Source of the DNA: Candidatus Brocadiia bacterium
GTDB taxonomy: Bacteria; Planctomycetota; Brocadiia; SM23-32
NCBI GenBank assembly: GCA_046538485.1
Contig: JBKHIT010000008.1
Location: 42,857 to 106,856, forward strand
Length of the DNA stretch: 64,000 nucleotides
Reading direction: 5' to 3'
The notes under the pieces were generated by a model that was not told where the DNA came from, ran no database searches, and saw only the letters and a program-made list of their open reading frames with translations. Positions 29,414-39,354 of this stretch are shown piece by piece. The stretch's first letter is position 1; every line of letters starts with the position of its first letter. A program made the translations under genes and the position numbers.

Positions 29414-29923
29414 TCATTTCTCCTGACCATACTCACCGAGCCGGCCTTCCCGGGCGAACTTTTCAATCTCTTCCGGACCGACCTTGCGGGCCTGCATTTC
29501 CTCGACGGCCTGAACCGCCCAGTCGGGGATCTCTGCTGAGTCTGCGTATTTTTCCGCCGCTGGTGAAAGCCCTCTGAGTGCTCCTCCGGCTTCAAGTTCT
29601 GCCAGCTCGACGCCTTCCCCCGAAGCGCCCCCCGATAGAATGGCTTCAATATCTTCGGGCTTTTCATCAGCCAGCTTATTAAAGTAAATCCAACCTTCCT
29701 CGGCTCCAGCTGAAACTCTGTAATAGTCCCCGGAACGTTCGAGGACTTCCACGGCGGCACCCTGTTCCAAACGCGCCACCACAGAGGCCCCCAGGGCGGT
29801 CCCGCCACGCAATTCCGCGGCCGTGCGAGTGTACATTGTTCTGGCTTGGGCCAGTATAGCAGGCAGCCCAATTAGCCAGGATACTAAGCAAGCGACAAAA
29901 AGAACAGAAATCAGTTTCTTCAT
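29414..29923 (-). CDS. Secreted SH3-like domain protein
   Basis: Signal peptide, VARLEQG..VEVLERSGDYYRV...EGWI, and an acidic tail ending FAREGRL. Confidence 0.75.
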   Translation of the reverse strand: MKKLISVLFVACLVSWLIGLPAILAQARTMYTRTAAELRGGTALGASVVARLEQGAAVEVLERSGDYYRVSAGAEEGWIYFNKLADEKPEDIEAILSGGASGEGVELAELEAGGALRGLSPAAEKYADSAEIPDWAVQAVEEMQARKVGPEEIEKFAREGRLGEYGQEK

Positions 29924-30448
29924 TCTAAGATCCCATTTTCCCTGTAACCCAGGGCTTTTTCGCAGCTGAAAAAATCCATAATTAGAAATAACTTTACTCC
30001 CAGCGGTCTGCTATTATTGCCCAATTACGAAAGAAGTCAAGATCGCCATGTCCCCTCAGACAGCAAATCAGCGGTAGAATATCGGGAAACCATTCACCGC
30101 TTCTTCTTGACACGGGATATAGGGTAAATTATAAAAGCAGAAATCATAAGCGGGCCGAACTCCAAAATGACAACCGTATGCGCATTTCATCACGATCAAT
30201 TCTGTGAGTTCAGTTTTCTCAGGATAGTGCGGCAGCAAACCGGAAATTTGAATCCCGCCGCCTTTAAGCGGTTCGGACCGAGCACCGTGACAACGCGCAC
30301 GTGCATTGTCCAGAAAACCCAGCGCAAACACATAACTGACCGCTCTGCTTGAAAACCCGTAGCGCTCCGGTCCCGACAACCCATCAAAGCAGGGATCAGC
30401 GCCAGGGGTTCTGCAGCTTTTTTTACATTAACGTTGAGAGTTTAGCAT

Positions 30449-32284
30449 ATGAGTAAAGAAAGAGATTTTTTAAGGCAAAATCTGAGTGAGGAAAATTGCC
30501 AGAAACTTTTCGCAATCGATATCCCGTTTCTTGAGCAGTTTGTCGCAAAATATGTCGAGCTGGGGCAACCGGAAAGCGTTTTCGTAGCAACAGACTCCGA
30601 CGAAGACGTTGAGTATGTCCGCCGACTTGCCGTCGAAACCGGCGAGGAACAGGAGCTGAACACACCCGGCCACACGGTCCATTTTGATGGCTATTACGAT
30701 CAGGCCCGCGATAAAGAAAACACAAAATACCTGCTTGCCCCGGAAACCGATCTCGGTGAACGGCTGAACTCTGTTGACAAAGAAACAGGACTCAAGGAAG
30801 TGCACGAGTTCCTGGAAGGAAGCATGAAAAGCAAAGAATTGCTGGTCAGATTTTTCTGCTTGGGCCCGCAGAGTTCGCCCTTCTCGATCCGAGCCGTGCA
30901 GCTCACTGACAGCCCGTATGTTGCCCACAGCGAAGATATCCTCTACCGACGCGGTTACGATGAATTTCTTCAGATGGATTTGACAGATTCCTTTTTCCGC
31001 TTTGTCCATAGCGAAGGGAAACTCGAAGAAGGTGTCAGCACTGAAGTTGACAAAAGGCGTGTCTATATTGATCTGGATGAGGACATTGTATACAGCTCCA
31101 ATACCCAGTACGGCGGCAATACCATCGGACTCAAAAAGCTGGCGCTGCGCCTCGCAATAAACAAAGCTTCCCGGGAAGGGTGGCTCGCCGAACACATGCT
31201 CGTTGCGGGCATTCATGGTCCCAATAATCGCGTGACTTATTTCACAGGCGCCTATCCTTCTGCGTGCGGTAAAACATCGACGGCCATGCTACCCGGTGAA
31301 TCGGTTGTCGGCGACGACATTGCGTACCTGCGGCCTATCGACGGGAAACTTCGTGCGGCTAACGTGGAATCCGGAATCTTTGGTATTATCCGCGATGTGA
31401 ACACTGATGACGACCCCATAATCTGGGATGCGCTCCATAGACCGGCAGAGATAATCTTCTCAAATGTGCTGGTCGGCGATGATAATAACCCGTACTGGCT
31501 CGGCATGGGTGAAGAAATCCCCGACCACGGCCGCAACCACAGCGGGGAATGGCATGCCGGCAAAACAGATAACGAAGGCAGAGAAATTACGCCGTCTCAC
31601 AAAAATGCAAGGTATACTTTGCATCTGGAAAGTCTCTCAAATTGCGATCCCCACCTTCACGACCCCGAGGGAGTGGAGGTCAGCGGCATAATTTACGGCG
31701 GCCGCGACTCCGATACGTCGGTTCCCGTTGAACAGGCTTTCGATTGGACACACGGAATCATTACAAAAGGCGCCAGCCTGGAATCCGAGACAACCGCAGC
31801 GACCCTGGGGGAAGAAGGGGTCCGGGTTTTCCAACCCATGTCCAATATCGATTTCGTCTCTATCCCGCTCGGCCAGTACATTCAAAACAACATCGATGCG
31901 GTGAAAGGCCTGGATTCCGAACCCATTATTTTTGGGGTCAATTATTTCCTGAAAGGCGAAAACGGAGATTACCTGAACGGAATGCATGATAAGCGGGTCT
32001 GGTTGAAATGGATGGAACTTCGGGTCCACGATGAAGTCGAGGCCCTGGAACGGCCGACCGGGCTTATCCCAAGATATGAAGACCTCGCCAGCCTGTTCGA
32101 TACCATCCTGGGTCAGAGCTATTCCCGGGTTGAATACGAGGAACAGTTCAGACTCCGCATCCCGGAGAATCTGGCCAAAATAGACAGAATCGAACAGGTC
32201 TACAGGGAAAGCGTTCCCGATACTCCTGACATTCTTTTTGAGGCCCTGGAAGCGCAGCGAAAAAGGTTGGAATCCGCGAGGTAA
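30449..32284 (+). CDS. pckG: Phosphoenolpyruvate carboxykinase (GTP)
   Basis: YGGNTIGLKK, WLAEHM, AYPSACGKTS, VGDDIA, HKNARY and IIYGGRD. Confidence 0.95.
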   Translation: MSKERDFLRQNLSEENCQKLFAIDIPFLEQFVAKYVELGQPESVFVATDSDEDVEYVRRLAVETGEEQELNTPGHTVHFDGYYDQARDKENTKYLLAPETDLGERLNSVDKETGLKEVHEFLEGSMKSKELLVRFFCLGPQSSPFSIRAVQLTDSPYVAHSEDILYRRGYDEFLQMDLTDSFFRFVHSEGKLEEGVSTEVDKRRVYIDLDEDIVYSSNTQYGGNTIGLKKLALRLAINKASREGWLAEHMLVAGIHGPNNRVTYFTGAYPSACGKTSTAMLPGESVVGDDIAYLRPIDGKLRAANVESGIFGIIRDVNTDDDPIIWDALHRPAEIIFSNVLVGDDNNPYWLGMGEEIPDHGRNHSGEWHAGKTDNEGREITPSHKNARYTLHLESLSNCDPHLHDPEGVEVSGIIYGGRDSDTSVPVEQAFDWTHGIITKGASLESETTAATLGEEGVRVFQPMSNIDFVSIPLGQYIQNNIDAVKGLDSEPIIFGVNYFLKGENGDYLNGMHDKRVWLKWMELRVHDEVEALERPTGLIPRYEDLASLFDTILGQSYSRVEYEEQFRLRIPENLAKIDRIEQVYRESVPDTPDILFEALEAQRKRLESAR

Positions 32285-32504
32285 AATGCCCGTATTGTAC
32301 GAGGGGCGCGTTTGCCTTGTTCGGTGGTTTCTTTTTCCTGGCTCCACTGCTGGAGCCAGAACCCACATAGGCGGGGTGCGATCCCCCGTTTGAGCCAGCA
32401 AATCCATTCGCAAACAGCAGATGCTGGCAAATGGCCTGGAACTCTCCTTAGAATAATCCTGACCCGTAGATGCGAGCAGGCCCACTGGACTGGGCGATGT
32501 TTCC

Positions 32505-33407
32505 ATGAATATGAAGGCGCACGAAAAACGATGGACGCTTCTCGAACTACTCAACTGGACGACCGAGTATTTCGACGAAAAGGGCATCGAAAACGCGCGC
32601 TTAAATGCGGAATTGCTGCTCAGTGAGGTCACTGGCATGGAGCGTGTCATGTTGTATGCACGTTTCGAAAAAGTGATCCCCGAAGAACAGCGAAATGATT
32701 TCCGCAGACTCGTCAGTCGTCGGGCTGATCGATGCCCCGTGCAATACATTCTCGGAAACACGGAATTCTACGGCCGCGAGTTCAAGGTGAGCCCCGCGGT
32801 GATGATCCCTCGGCAAGAGACGGAACAGGTCGTGGATAAGTGCCTCGAAAAATTGCCTGAAAACTGTGATGGTATCCTGGCTGCTGACGTGGGAACGGGA
32901 AGCGGCGCGATTGCCGTCACGCTGGCCAGGGAAAAACCACAGCTGAGAATGATAGCAACGGATTCCAGTTCCGACGCTCTCGGCATCGCGGCCGAAAATG
33001 CGCGTCGGCATGGTGTCGAAGATCGAATTCGTTTCGAAGAAGGTCACCTCTGCGAACCGATAGAAAACCTCTCTGAACAGGGGGAAACCCCTCTCTACCT
33101 GCTCGCAAGTAACCCTCCCTACATTCCCTCAAATGAAATTGAAAACCTTCAGCCGGAGGTGAAAGATTTCGAACCGCGGAAAGCGCTTGATGGAGGGGAA
33201 GACGGACTGGCCGCAATACGCGAGCTACTCCCGCTGGGAGCAAAACTGCTTACCTCCGACGGATGGTTTGTCCTGGAGGTCGGTGAAGGACAGGCGGACG
33301 ATGTCCGCGAGTATATTCGTGAAACCGATAATCTAAATGGGGATAACGTGGAAATAACAAAAGATCTGGGCGGTCACAAAAGGGTTTTGGCTGCCCAAAA
33401 GAATTGA
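32505..33407 (+). CDS. prmC: Peptide chain release factor N5-glutamine methyltransferase
   Basis: PVQYILG, IPRQETE, DVGTGSG, SNPPY and ALDGGEDGL. Confidence 0.95.
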   Translation: MNMKAHEKRWTLLELLNWTTEYFDEKGIENARLNAELLLSEVTGMERVMLYARFEKVIPEEQRNDFRRLVSRRADRCPVQYILGNTEFYGREFKVSPAVMIPRQETEQVVDKCLEKLPENCDGILAADVGTGSGAIAVTLAREKPQLRMIATDSSSDALGIAAENARRHGVEDRIRFEEGHLCEPIENLSEQGETPLYLLASNPPYIPSNEIENLQPEVKDFEPRKALDGGEDGLAAIRELLPLGAKLLTSDGWFVLEVGEGQADDVREYIRETDNLNGDNVEITKDLGGHKRVLAAQKN

Positions 33408-33429
33408 TGAACTGAAGTAAAGGAAAAAA

Positions 33430-34746
33430 ATGGCGAAGCTGACCATACGAGGCGGCAAAGTACTGAACGGAAAGGTTCGAATTAACGGGGCAAAAAACGC
33501 ATCCCTGCCCATTATGGCAGCCACGCTCCTCACAGAAGGCACAACAGTCCTCAATCGGGTGCCCAGACTCCGGGATATCCACACTCTGGGGAAAATACTT
33601 GACGCGCTCGGACTCGAAAACGAACGGACGGACTCCGATACAATACGGATGCAGGTGGTGGATGAAACCAATTGCACCTGCCCCCATGATCCTGCAATCG
33701 AAATGCGTGCCAGCGTCTGCATCCTTGGTCCCCTGTTGGCCCGCCGAGGAAAAGCGGAAGTCCCTCTGCCCGGCGGATGTGTCATCGGCGAGCGTCCCAT
33801 TGACCTCCATCTTAAAGGGCTCCGGGCACTTGGTGCCGAAATTGAACAGAAAAACGGTTACGTCTTTGCCAAAGCCGATAAACTCGTCGGTAATCGCATC
33901 TATATGGGAGGTCCCCGTGGTTCAACGGTTCTGGGCACTGCCAATGTCATGATGGCAGCCACTCTCGCCGAAGGTGTCACAACCATCGAGCATGCCGCCT
34001 GTGAGCCCGAAATCCGGGACCTTGCCAATTACCTGACGGCCTGCGGCGCGCTTATCGAAGGCGCCGGCACCAACACCCTCACCATCGAAGGGGTAAAACG
34101 TCTGGAAGGCACATTGCACCGCGTGATCCCTGATCGGATTGAAGCCGGGACCTTCGCCTGCATGGCGGCAGTCGCTGGCGATGAAGTTGTGCTCGAAGGC
34201 GCCCGCCCCGATCATATGTCAGCGATAATGGATACCATGGAAAATATGGGTGTAAAATTCAAGGTTCACGATAAAGGCATTACCGTTCTGCCCCCTGAAA
34301 AGCTGATAGCAAGTGACATTACAGCTCTGCCCTACCCCGGCCTTCCCACAGATATACAGCCACAGTTGATGGCTGCGCTCACCCAGGCAGATGGAACCAG
34401 TGTGGTGACAGACTCAGTCTTCCCCGATCGTTTCACCCAGGTCGGAGAACTGCATCGACTCGGTGCAGATATCGTGAAACAGGGCCCGCAGGCCGTGGTG
34501 AAAGGCCCCGCTCAACTTACCGGAGCCCCCGTGACCGCACGGGACTTGCGAGGAGGAGCAAGCCTCGTTATCGCCGCCCTCATCGCGGAAGGAGAAACAA
34601 CAATCGACGGGATGGCTCATGTAGATCGCGGCTACGAATGCATTGAAAATAGACTGGCCACCATAGGAGCCGACGTAACCCGTCAGGGAAACGCCCCCTT
34701 CGAAGTGGGACAGATGCAGTTGCCGTTCAAACGAGCCGCTTCCTGA
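33430..34746 (+). CDS. murA: UDP-N-acetylglucosamine 1-carboxyvinyltransferase
   Basis: GAKNA, MRAS, LPGGCVIGERPIDLH, PDRIEAGT, PTDIQ, DLRGG and DRGY. Confidence 0.96.
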   Translation: MAKLTIRGGKVLNGKVRINGAKNASLPIMAATLLTEGTTVLNRVPRLRDIHTLGKILDALGLENERTDSDTIRMQVVDETNCTCPHDPAIEMRASVCILGPLLARRGKAEVPLPGGCVIGERPIDLHLKGLRALGAEIEQKNGYVFAKADKLVGNRIYMGGPRGSTVLGTANVMMAATLAEGVTTIEHAACEPEIRDLANYLTACGALIEGAGTNTLTIEGVKRLEGTLHRVIPDRIEAGTFACMAAVAGDEVVLEGARPDHMSAIMDTMENMGVKFKVHDKGITVLPPEKLIASDITALPYPGLPTDIQPQLMAALTQADGTSVVTDSVFPDRFTQVGELHRLGADIVKQGPQAVVKGPAQLTGAPVTARDLRGGASLVIAALIAEGETTIDGMAHVDRGYECIENRLATIGADVTRQGNAPFEVGQMQLPFKRAAS

Positions 34747-34859
34747 ACGTAATACCCCGCTGAAATACGGTTTTCGAATCCCCTCTGCCCACGGATAACC
34801 CGTCTCTCGCGCTGCGAGGAAAGTGCCCCGCAAATACTGCCATTGGGTGCAGACTTTTT

Positions 34860-35022
34860 TAGCCCGCATTTCTCACGAACCTGAAGGTATAATTATTATA
34901 AACGGCCGCCAGAAAGACTTTGCACTATATTTCGCATCTGATCTCAGTACACAGTGCGTTATCTGAGTCTAAAAACAGCGGTTCGTCCTCCGGGAGCGGG
35001 TTTATGCCGGCCACCGACGATA
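34860..35022. mobile_element. MITE-like family M, partial copy
   Basis: TAgcccgcatttctcacgaacc...ttattataaacggc...ctttgcactatatttcgca.ctgatctc.gtacacagtg matches the reverse complement of about 53400-53577. Confidence 0.7.
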
Positions 35023-35158
35023 CTGGAATCTGATATCCAAAGGATCCGGCAACCGCTCTGCCACAGGCGAGGTACCATGGACAGTTTTACCGCAGGAGCC
35101 GGCCGCATTATAATGCTCTCATGAGGGGTCTCCCCTGCCACAAAACACTGGAGCTAAC

Positions 35159-36469
35159 ATGGGAATACAAACATTAGGCGTAAGGATTTACGGAAAAGAG
35201 GATCTGAGACTTGAGAAATTCGAACTCCCTGAACCAAAAGATGATGAAATCATAGCCGAAGTGATCTCCAACAGTATCTGCATGTCTTCGCACAAAGCAG
35301 CGGAGCAGGGGGAGGATCATAAACGCGTGCCCGATGATGTCGCGGAAAACCCCACTTTAATCGGCCACGAATTTTCGGGGCGACTCCTGAAAATCGGAGA
35401 CAAATGGGCGGACCGTTTCGAACCCGGGCAAAAATTTGGGATCCAACCGGCGCTCAATTACAAAGGCTCACTCGACGCGCCTGGTTATTCCTACCAGTGG
35501 ATCGCCGGCAACACTCAGAAAATCATCATCCCTCAGGAAGTTATGCTGATGGACTGTCTCCTTCCCTATAAAGGTGATGCCTTTTTCAAAGCCTCTTTAT
35601 CGGAACCTATGTCCTGTCTCATTGGAGCTTTTCGCGCCCAATGGCATTACGCCGAACCCGGCAAATACGAACACGAATTCGGGATCAAAGAAGGCGGACA
35701 CTGCGCCCTGTTGGCCGCCGCCGGGCCGATGGGACAGGGGGCAATAGATGTCGCTCTGCACGCCGACAGGCAACCGGCGAAATTGTTGGTAACTGACATC
35801 GATCCGGATCGATTGGCGCGCGCCAAACAACTATTCCCCGAAAAAGAGGCCGCTTCTCAGGGCGTCGAGCTTGTTTTTCTAAACCCCGCTGAATTGCCCG
35901 AAGGACAAGATCAGCTCGTCGACTACGTGCGCGATTTCACCGATGGAGAAATGATGGATGACGTCTTTGTGTTCTTCCCCCATCCAGGGGTGATCGCACA
36001 GGGAGATAGTTTACTGGCGCGTGACGGATGCCTGAATTTCTTCGCCGGCCCGCAGGAAAAAGATTTCAGCGCCCCTATTAACTTCTACGACGTCCATTAC
36101 GAACGCCACCATATCGTCGGTACAAGCGGGGGGAATACTGAAGATATGCGCATCGCCCTCCACCTCATGGGAGAGAATCGGGTCAATCCCGCCGGAATGA
36201 TCACTCACGTTGGCGGCCTGAATTGTGTGCCACAAACAATTCTGGATCTGCCGGATATCCCGGGCGGCAAAAAGCTTATCTATACTCACGTGCGCATGCC
36301 GCTGAGGGCAATTGATGAGTTCGAGGATGCTGCCGAAGAAGCCGATGAGCCCCTGAAAAGTGTCTTCAGCGAGCTGGCAAAAATCTGCGAGAAAAAGGGC
36401 GGGCTCTGGTGCACCGAAGCCGAGGAATTCCTGCTGAGCTGCGAAGATATTCGACTGGAAGATGTCTGA
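35159..36469 (+). CDS. L-sorbose-1-phosphate reductase-like Zn-binding dehydrogenase
   Basis: RIYGKEDLRLEKFELP, SICMSSHK, GHEFSG, SEPMSC, GPMG, ITHVGGL and GGKKLIY. Confidence 0.82.
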   Translation: MGIQTLGVRIYGKEDLRLEKFELPEPKDDEIIAEVISNSICMSSHKAAEQGEDHKRVPDDVAENPTLIGHEFSGRLLKIGDKWADRFEPGQKFGIQPALNYKGSLDAPGYSYQWIAGNTQKIIIPQEVMLMDCLLPYKGDAFFKASLSEPMSCLIGAFRAQWHYAEPGKYEHEFGIKEGGHCALLAAAGPMGQGAIDVALHADRQPAKLLVTDIDPDRLARAKQLFPEKEAASQGVELVFLNPAELPEGQDQLVDYVRDFTDGEMMDDVFVFFPHPGVIAQGDSLLARDGCLNFFAGPQEKDFSAPINFYDVHYERHHIVGTSGGNTEDMRIALHLMGENRVNPAGMITHVGGLNCVPQTILDLPDIPGGKKLIYTHVRMPLRAIDEFEDAAEEADEPLKSVFSELAKICEKKGGLWCTEAEEFLLSCEDIRLEDV

Positions 36470-36628
36470 CAGTTCTGGAACCGGGTCCCGCCCGAGTGAA
36501 ACGCCGGGAAACGCCAATTGACTTTCCGGCGAACGATGCCCCGGTCTGTCATAAATAGTCTCAGCGTATGGCTGATTGCTTATCAGCGTCCCGGACACCC
36601 TTCAATCCTGATTATTCCAGATCCTGAG

Positions 36629-38008
36629 ATGTGCGCTAAAGACACCATCATAGCTGTCTCGACACCGCGCGGGTTTGCATTACGGTCGATCATCCGCCTG
36701 AGCGGGGAGAAAGCCCTGAACATCGCGGAAAACAGCTTCGTCCCGGACGGCACGGGCACCGGCTGGATGCAAACGTATCGGGCAACAACCGGGGATCTTG
36801 TGTTCCAGCGTGAGAACCTTCGCGTTCCGGCGACGATTTACGTTATGAAAGGGCCAAAATCCTATACTCGTGAGGATGTGATAGAATTCCATCTGCCAGG
36901 TTCTCCGGCAATTTTGGATATGGTGCTCGACGAGTTTCTGGAGCGGAATGAGGCATTGCGCCTTGCGCGGCCCGGTGAATTTACTCAGAGGGCTTTTCTG
37001 AACGGAAGAATCGATCTCACCCAGGCCGAGGCCGTCCTGTCCGTTATCCGGGCCCGCAACGAAGCTGAGCTGGTTGCTGCAAACGCAAAACTGGCCGGAA
37101 AGGTCAGCGACGAATGCCATAAACTTCAGGATCAGATCGGAGAACTCCGGGCCAGAACGGAAGCGGCGCTGGATTTTGCCCAGCACGGTATCGACCTGAT
37201 CGGAAAGTCTGAATTCATATCCCGATGCGAAGAAATCAGGGAGCGGTTGGAACAACAGCTGAACGAAGGCCGTGGCGAGCTGGCGAGTGACGGACGCGTT
37301 CATGTCGTGCTCTGTGGTCCACCGAACGCAGGCAAATCCAGCCTGCTCAACCGCCTCGCTGAAGACGATGTGGCTCTGGTCCATGAGGTGCCCGGTACCA
37401 CCCGCGATGCTGTTCAGGGCGAGGCTGAGATCGAAGGGATTTGTTTCTCAATTACAGATACCGCGGGTTTGCGGGATGAGGCCGGGAAACTGGAAGAAGA
37501 GGCCGGAAATCGGGCCCGCTCACTTGCGGCCGGAGCGCAATTACTCGTCCTGGTGCTGGACGGGTCGCAGGAACTTCCCCACGACGCTCTTGATCCGGCA
37601 AAAGGCACTGACCCAGAACGGGTCCTCTGCGTGATTAACAAATGCGACCTTCCGGAGGTCCTTGATGAAAAACCGCTGGAAGACGTGGCGTGGGAGGCGG
37701 TTCACGTTTCGGCGCTGACCGGGGAAGGGATGGACAAGTTAGAATCGGCTCTGGGCCGGGTTGTGATGCAGGGCCGCCTGGATGCCTCGGCGGCCGACTG
37801 TCTTTTCAACGCCCGCCAGCGCGAGTCGGTTCGCCGTGCGGCGGCTTGTCTGCATGATGCGTCGTCGGCCGTGCAAGGCAGCATGGGTTATGAATTCGCA
37901 GCCCTCGATCTGCGCGAAGCCAACGAAGCATTGGGCGAAGTCACCGGGCAGGTCGAGCCCCAGGATGTTCTTGATCGTGTTTTCAGTCGTTTCTGTATCG
38001 GAAAATAA
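36629..38008 (+). CDS. mnmE: tRNA modification GTPase MnmE
   Basis: DTIIAVSTP, SYTREDVIE, GEFTQRAFLNG, GPPNAGKSS, GTTRD, DTAG, NKCD and C-terminal FCIGK. Confidence 0.96.
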   Translation: MCAKDTIIAVSTPRGFALRSIIRLSGEKALNIAENSFVPDGTGTGWMQTYRATTGDLVFQRENLRVPATIYVMKGPKSYTREDVIEFHLPGSPAILDMVLDEFLERNEALRLARPGEFTQRAFLNGRIDLTQAEAVLSVIRARNEAELVAANAKLAGKVSDECHKLQDQIGELRARTEAALDFAQHGIDLIGKSEFISRCEEIRERLEQQLNEGRGELASDGRVHVVLCGPPNAGKSSLLNRLAEDDVALVHEVPGTTRDAVQGEAEIEGICFSITDTAGLRDEAGKLEEEAGNRARSLAAGAQLLVLVLDGSQELPHDALDPAKGTDPERVLCVINKCDLPEVLDEKPLEDVAWEAVHVSALTGEGMDKLESALGRVVMQGRLDASAADCLFNARQRESVRRAAACLHDASSAVQGSMGYEFAALDLREANEALGEVTGQVEPQDVLDRVFSRFCIGK

Positions 38009-38034
38009 GAATCTCTCTGAAACGGAGTCTCAGG

Positions 38035-39141
38035 ATGGTCTGGAATGCAAATCTTCGGAAATTGGCAAAAGTTCTGGTTCAATACTCAACAAAAGTCGAG
38101 ACGGGAGACGCTGTTGCCATTATGGGATCCGATCTCGCCGCGCCGCTTGTGCGTGAGGTTTACCGCGAGGTCCTGATCGCCGGTGGGCATCCTTCGGCCC
38201 TGTGCAAGCCGGCGGACCTTGATTACATTTTTTACCAGAATGCCAGCGAAGAGCAACTCGACCATAAACCCCCTGTTTTCAAGCATATTGCGGAGAACTT
38301 CGATGCGGTAATCCGTCTCGCTGGAGAACCGAACACAAAAGCGTTGAGCGGTGTCGATAGCCAGAAGATCGCATATCGTCAACACGCCACCGAAGAAGTA
38401 ATGGCGACGTTTATGGAACGGGCGGCGGAGGAAAAGCTGAACTGGGTCCTGGCACAGTTTCCGACCCATTCTTGCGCGCAAGATGCTGAGATGTCGCTGA
38501 CGGAATTCCAGGAATTCTATCTCAAAGCCTGCAAACTCAACTCCAAAGACCCGGTATCGGAATGGGAGAAAATGCAGCAGGTACAGGAGACGATAGTCGA
38601 TTCTCTTGAGGATGTGAGCAGGATCCATATCCTTTCACAGGATACTGATCTGAGAATGTCGACGGAAGGAAGAAAATGGATCAGCTGTGCCGGGCTGAAA
38701 AATTATCCCGACGGTGAAGTGTTCACCGGACCGGTTGAAGATAGCGCGGAAGGTCATATCAGATTCAATTTTCCGGGCATCTACTGCGGAAAAGAAATCC
38801 AGGATATCCGGCTGACGTTCGAAAACGGAGAAGTCAAAGAAGCGACCGCGGGAAAAGGGCAGGATCTGCTCGAAGAGCTGATCGAGACCGATGAAGGAGC
38901 CAGCAAGCTGGGAGAACTTGGCGTGGGGACCAACAATGGGATCCAGCGATTTACCAAAAACATGCTCTTCGACGAGAAGATGGGCGGCACGATCCATCTG
39001 GCTCTGGGACGAGGATATCCAGAGAGCGGAAGCAAAAACGAATCCGGCATCCACTGGGATTTGTTGTGCGATATGAAAAACGAGGGCAAGATCTACGGCG
39101 ACGAAGAGCTAATCTACGAGGACGGAAAGTTCACAATTTGA
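38035..39141 (+). CDS. M29 family aminopeptidase (AmpS/PepS-like)
   Basis: NYPDGEVFTGP, LGELGVG, LFDEKMGGTIHLALG and SGIHWD. Confidence 0.93.
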   Translation: MVWNANLRKLAKVLVQYSTKVETGDAVAIMGSDLAAPLVREVYREVLIAGGHPSALCKPADLDYIFYQNASEEQLDHKPPVFKHIAENFDAVIRLAGEPNTKALSGVDSQKIAYRQHATEEVMATFMERAAEEKLNWVLAQFPTHSCAQDAEMSLTEFQEFYLKACKLNSKDPVSEWEKMQQVQETIVDSLEDVSRIHILSQDTDLRMSTEGRKWISCAGLKNYPDGEVFTGPVEDSAEGHIRFNFPGIYCGKEIQDIRLTFENGEVKEATAGKGQDLLEELIETDEGASKLGELGVGTNNGIQRFTKNMLFDEKMGGTIHLALGRGYPESGSKNESGIHWDLLCDMKNEGKIYGDEELIYEDGKFTI

Positions 39142-39187
39142 GCGCGCTCTCGTTGTCCCAAATTCCTTCCCCTGATTTTTTGGGCTA

Positions 39188-39240
39188 TGAGCAGACTGGA
39201 CTTAAGTGCCGCTTCGCGGCGGCTGGAGTTCAGAATGCGG
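39188..39240. repeat. REP-like family A, copy 3 (extended stem with TTCG loop)
   Basis: tgagcagactggacttaagt-gccgcttcgcggc-ggctggagttcagaatgcgg. Confidence 0.8.
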
Positions 39241-39354
39241 ACAATTGTCGGAAAGGCTACGGAAGAACGAAATCTCCGAGACTGCCAGCACGGCAGTGGG
39301 GCTCGGCGCACGGTGCCCGTTCGTTGAAACCAGCCTCCGTCCCCTGACCTGGTT

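Noticed and set aside
28507..29871. 454-aa version of the M48 protease
   Set aside because: The upstream 150 codons overlap the SH3-like gene in another frame; the ATG at 29412 gives a lipoprotein-type signal.
29930..30440. 500-nt gap between the SH3-like gene and pckG as an ncRNA or small gene
   Set aside because: It is a divergent promoter region with only short motif-less ORFs and no recognisable structure.
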